Below are positions 35,242 through 39,263 of a stretch of 39,263 bases of DNA, one piece after another. A program made the translations under genes and the position numbers. Origin of the DNA: Candidatus Woesearchaeota archaeon (lineage in GTDB: Archaea; Nanobdellota; Nanobdellia; Woesearchaeales; JACPBO01); the NCBI GenBank assembly GCA_016180285.1, contig JACPBO010000004.1, forward strand, positions 1 to 39,263. Reading direction: 5' to 3'. The notes beneath the pieces are model-generated. The model was given only the letters and a program-made list of their open reading frames with translations, searched no databases and was not told the origin of the DNA. Numbering within the stretch: the first letter of the stretch is position 1; each line of letters starts with the position of its first letter.

Positions 35242-37605
35242 ATGGGTAAAAAAATATTTTTTCTAGCTTTATTTGTGTTGGTTTTGTCGAATATAAGTTT
35301 TGTCCTAGCTGATGACTGGCCCACGTTCGGGCATGACGCAGCAAGGAACAGCTGGGCGCTTTCATTTGCCCCTGATTATGACCTTTACAGCTCAACTGGA
35401 CTGACGGGCAGCATTGCGCTTGCAGCAGGAGATTATGTAGAATCAACTCCGGTTATAAAAAACAATGTGATGTATGTTCTTGCAGGCCAGCTTGATGCCA
35501 GCAATCATTTCTCAACTGGAAAGCTCTATGCATTCAACACTGCAACAAATGCAAAAATATGGGAAGTGAGCTTTGCTTTGGACCAGAGCCCAAAAGTTAC
35601 TCCGACAGTGAGTGATGACGCCTCAACAATATGCCATGGTGGAGGCAGTGTATTTTATTGCAGGAATGCGTCAGATGGAACAATATTTTGGAGTTATGCA
35701 GACGCATATGCGGGAAATTTTATTTACTCCCCCGCCATCAGCAATGGAAGAGTGTGGGCAACAACAAGGGGCAATCCTCCAATGATTTATGCATTTAATC
35801 TAACTGATGGAACAGTGCTGTTCAGCAAAATTGATTGCGATGGCTGCGGTGATGCGGTATACAATCCTGTTCTGTCAGCAGGAACGCTATATTTTGCAGG
35901 AGAAAGCACATCGCCATGCTCAGGCGGCGTAGTTATGGCGCTTGATGAAAATGCTGCAGCGGTCAAATGGGCGTATACAAGCGATGTAGGGGCAATATCC
36001 CTTAATACTCCGTCTGTGCATAATGACAAAGTATTCATAGGAGTTGAAAACCAATGCGAAGGAATCAGCACAAAGGGCTATTTGCTTGCCTTGAGCAAAA
36101 ATGACGGCTCACTTTTATGGAGGGCTGCCATCCCTGTTGCAGGGCAGCATTTCATCAGCAGTATGCCTGCTGTTTATGCAAACAAGGTCATAATTGCATC
36201 AAGGGATGAAGCCAATACAAACCATTATGTATTCGCATTTAACGAATCTTCAGGTGCAGTATTATGGCAGTCAGCAAACATGGCATATGCTGTTGGCGGC
36301 CCTGTTTCTGTTGCAGACAGCAAAGTGGTTGTAAGCGGAGCTGATTCAAGAAAAATCAATGTTTTCAGCACGCTAAACGGAACTTTGTTATGGAGCAATA
36401 CTGCATCAGGCGATGTTTATTCAGCCCCTTCAATTGTGAATGGCACTGTTTACACCGGCACAACTTCCACTGCAGGAACAAACGTTGTTGAGCTTTTAAA
36501 GTCAGACACAACATATGAAGGCAGCGTTTCATTAAGCCCGCTGAAAACTGCAACAATAGATGCAAGTGCAAATTCAGATGCCATAATACAAATAACGCCT
36601 AAGTCGACCTTGCTGACAACTGCATCAGGCACCATCAATATTTCAGAATTCCTGCAGCAGACAACATTGACATTAGGCGTAACGCAGCTGAACAAATATA
36701 TTAACATAAAAGCAGATCCAACGATAACAAACAACATGCTTTCCGCCACTATTAAAATATATTACACAGATGATGAGATCGCAGCTGCCGGCATTGATGA
36801 AAACAGCCTGAAGCTTTACGCTGTTGTTGGCAACACAACTGTTCTCACTGCGAATTCAGGAGTTGATAAAGTGAATAATTTTGTCTATGGCACAACAACA
36901 ACATTCAGCTCATATGGCGCAGCAGGAAACATAAAGGATTATGACAATGACGGAATAGCTGATTTCAATGACAATTGCGTCAGCTCAAGCAATGCTGATC
37001 AAGCAGACTCGGATCAAGATGGCATTGGAGATGCATGCGACAACTGCATTAATGCTGCAAATCCCGACCAATCTAATGCAGATAACGACACTATTGGAAA
37101 TGCATGCGATACAGATGATGACAATGACGGCGTTTTGGATGTTGCTGACAACTGCAGAATTGCAGCAAATTCAGATCAAGCAGATTCCGATGCTGACGGT
37201 GCTGATGGAATAGGAGATGCATGCGACAACTGCATGGATATCAACAATACAGAACAGGCAGATGCTGATAAAGACGGGCATGGAGATGCGTGCGATAGCT
37301 GCTCAAAAATCTATGGGGCATATCATGATGCTCCAAGCAGCAACATAAAAGATGTGATCTATGCAATAGACGGCTCTGTAATTGCAAAAGGAACAAAGAA
37401 CAGCCTTACGTCAAAGCTTGATGGCGCAGTTTCATCCCTAAGCAGAAATCAGCTCAGCAATGCAAGAAGAAAGCTGGATTCATTTATCAGCGAGCTTGAC
37501 AGGCTTTACAAGCAGAGAAAATTAGGGAGCGGGCCTGAGTCAAATGAGGAAACGTATGGCGCATTGAGAGGATGCGCAGGCATCATAAAAGGACAGATAC
37601 GGTAA
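35242..37605 (+). CDS. Secreted PQQ-like beta-propeller protein with thrombospondin type 3 repeats
   Basis: Signal peptide, DWPTFGHDAARN, repeated YAFN...G..LW blades, DxDxDGIGDACDNC repeats and a C-terminal helical domain. Confidence 0.88.
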   Translation: MGKKIFFLALFVLVLSNISFVLADDWPTFGHDAARNSWALSFAPDYDLYSSTGLTGSIALAAGDYVESTPVIKNNVMYVLAGQLDASNHFSTGKLYAFNTATNAKIWEVSFALDQSPKVTPTVSDDASTICHGGGSVFYCRNASDGTIFWSYADAYAGNFIYSPAISNGRVWATTRGNPPMIYAFNLTDGTVLFSKIDCDGCGDAVYNPVLSAGTLYFAGESTSPCSGGVVMALDENAAAVKWAYTSDVGAISLNTPSVHNDKVFIGVENQCEGISTKGYLLALSKNDGSLLWRAAIPVAGQHFISSMPAVYANKVIIASRDEANTNHYVFAFNESSGAVLWQSANMAYAVGGPVSVADSKVVVSGADSRKINVFSTLNGTLLWSNTASGDVYSAPSIVNGTVYTGTTSTAGTNVVELLKSDTTYEGSVSLSPLKTATIDASANSDAIIQITPKSTLLTTASGTINISEFLQQTTLTLGVTQLNKYINIKADPTITNNMLSATIKIYYTDDEIAAAGIDENSLKLYAVVGNTTVLTANSGVDKVNNFVYGTTTTFSSYGAAGNIKDYDNDGIADFNDNCVSSSNADQADSDQDGIGDACDNCINAANPDQSNADNDTIGNACDTDDDNDGVLDVADNCRIAANSDQADSDADGADGIGDACDNCMDINNTEQADADKDGHGDACDSCSKIYGAYHDAPSSNIKDVIYAIDGSVIAKGTKNSLTSKLDGAVSSLSRNQLSNARRKLDSFISELDRLYKQRKLGSGPESNEETYGALRGCAGIIKGQIR

Positions 37606-37621
37606 CTAAGCCAGCAGCCAT

Positions 37622-38067
37622 TTCCATAATGGAATGAAGTTAACAGTTGCCTTATCGCCAAACCATTTATTGGAAATTAAGTAAAAAATTTCTTATCTAT
37701 AACTTAATTTCCAATATACCAAAAAAGTTGAAAATGAGAAATTTTCAACTTTTTTCAGTATAACTATTTCTTCTGCTTCATAATCCTCCGTTATAATTAA
37801 AATATTATTGCACTTCAAAACATAATGCAATATAGTTTACAAATTTTTGTATTTTGATGCAATAAATTTTAACTTACATATTAGGATTTTTTCCTTATTT
37901 TATTGGTTTTTTACTTACATAATAAGATTTTTATTTTAATTTAAATAGCTATTTTAAGATTATTTACTTACATATTAGGAAAATAATGGGTGATGACTTG
38001 CTTCCCTTTTACTTACATAATAAGAAAAAAATCGAAATCTTTATATATAGACTACTTACAAAGTAGT
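37622..38067. repeat. AT-rich intergenic region with two 15-bp IRs and four 15-bp direct repeats (candidate origin)
   Basis: IRs 37668-82/37702-16 and 37721-35/37741-55; ACTTACATAWTARGA at 37872, 37913, 37966 and 38011; ACTACTT-ACA-AAGTAGT at 38051-38067. Confidence 0.7.
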
Positions 38068-38077
38068 ACTGAGTAAA

Positions 38078-39263
38078 TTGAACGCCGCAGAAAAAAGAGA
38101 TGCAGAGTTAGCTGGAAATAGAGGCAGCGCTTTTCATATCAGAAAGCTTGTAAAATTCTGCAATATTCTGGTGATTTTGATTTTAGTTTCTGTTGCTTTG
38201 TTCAGGCTCTTCACTTTAATAAATCCCTCTATAACGGGCTTTGCAGTTGTGCATGGAGAATATTCGCAGGATCTCAACCTCACAATAAGCCAGAGCTCTG
38301 AGCAGGTTGTTGCTTTGCAGAATCCCGGCGAGCTGTCTTCTCTTAAGATAAGCGGGAATGTGATTGGAAAAGGAACAGCAAGGGTTTATTTAAAGGTTAA
38401 TGATGCACGGTTTTTAATTTTTGATAATAGCTTAAGCAAAAATAATAATCTTATAACAGCGAATCAAACAAATAACCCTCCTTTATGGATATCTGAAATT
38501 TCGTCATTTGCAGTTGATCAAGGAACCTCATTAGCCCTTAATCTGAGCAATTACTTTTCTGATGCAGACAACGACACGATTTCTTATCTGGCTTCAAGCA
38601 ATGAAAATGTCGATGTTGTCATTGACAATTTTGTTTCGCTGATGACAATAACTCCGAAGCCTGAATTTTCAGGGAATAGCTCAATAATATTATTTGCAGG
38701 CGATGGAAAAGAGCTTACAACAAAGGAAATAACAATAATTGTAAACCCTGCTGTTATAACTAACTTTGAATTTGAATGCGCTGAAACATGCTTCTTGAAC
38801 AATATAACAACAGATGAAATAACATTAATTACGGAGCTTGAAAATGCCAGCTTGCAGATAAATTCAATAAATTATAATGTATTCGAAACAGTTTTAAATG
38901 AGACAATAAGCAACATTTCCAATGTTTCAATAAAACAGAATATTACGAATATAACTAATGAAACAATTCCTGCTTTAGAAATAACAAATGTTACAATTAA
39001 AAAATCCAAAAAAACCGAGGTTGATAAGAGCTTCAAGGCTGCTGAAAATGCTGAGTTTGAGCTTGAATTCGTCAAGGAAACAGAGCTGATAAAAGAGAAT
39101 AAAGCCATAAACAGAAAGAATTTTGAAAAGAGATTAAATAAATGGGCTGCTGAAAATGAAACAGTTGAAGCGAATGTCATTTATAATTTCAATAATAAAA
39201 AAATAAGCTTTGATGTTGAGATTGAGGAATTAAGAGAAGGCAAATTTTTCTTTAATATTATTA
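38078..39263 (+). CDS. Large surface protein, N-terminal part (runs off window)
   Basis: Manual translation from TTG 38078: ...NILVILILVSVALFRLFTLINPSITGFAV...SLKISGNVIGKGTARVYL...NLSNYFSDADNDTISY (cadherin/Ig-like). TATA at about 38040. Confidence 0.8.
   Translation, partial: MNAAEKRDAELAGNRGSAFHIRKLVKFCNILVILILVSVALFRLFTLINPSITGFAVVHGEYSQDLNLTISQSSEQVVALQNPGELSSLKISGNVIGKGTARVYLKVNDARFLIFDNSLSKNNNLITANQTNNPPLWISEISSFAVDQGTSLALNLSNYFSDADNDTISYLASSNENVDVVIDNFVSLMTITPKPEFSGNSSIILFAGDGKELTTKEITIIVNPAVITNFEFECAETCFLNNITTDEITLITELENASLQINSINYNVFETVLNETISNISNVSIKQNITNITNETIPALEITNVTIKKSKKTEVDKSFKAAENAEFELEFVKETELIKENKAINRKNFEKRLNKWAAENETVEANVIYNFNNKKISFDVEIEELREGKFFFNII

Noticed and set aside
37872..38025. 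CRISPR array
   Set aside because: Repeats are only 15 bp with irregular, low-complexity AT-rich spacers, and no cas genes; more like protein-binding sites.
913..39180. Numerous short antisense or alternate-frame ORFs in the track (e.g. 1366-1710, 4512-4886, 19774-20241, 30331-30735, 33035-33226, 38872-39180)
   Set aside because: They are shadows of well-supported genes or RNAs, with no RBS or family motifs.

Overview
Gene-dense, AT-rich archaeal DNA. BRE/TATA promoters, GAGGTG ribosome-binding sites, bulge-helix-bulge (BHB) tRNA introns, class III signal peptides and 'ITGxA' surface proteins suggest a DPANN archaeon of Woesearchaeota type (inference). The left part (1-15.1 kb) holds housekeeping and accessory genes: TrmB, HTH-nucleotidyltransferase, topA, Lon-like protease, SET, ChaN-like, PLD, DUF3800, PfkB kinase, Lrp/MFS and ahcY. 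The middle (15.2-32.7 kb, minus strand) is a type IV/Tad pilus locus interrupted by a HIT + HicBA island. The most unusual part is 32.8-35.1 kb. There an HTH-PUR-like regulator lies divergent from an RNA-rich unit containing two BHB-intron tRNAs with serine-type bodies but non-serine anticodons (UAU, GAA), two tRNA fragments, two AbrB-like genes and a DIP1984-family gene followed by a ~270-nt structured RNA. Other unannotated RNA candidates are a promoter-driven RNA with two anti-Shine-Dalgarno-like GNRA-hairpin units (6.68-6.87 kb) and a DUF3800-associated RNA. An AT-rich iteron/inverted-repeat region at 37.6-38.1 kb may be a replication origin. All calls are by eye; no searches or folding programs were run.
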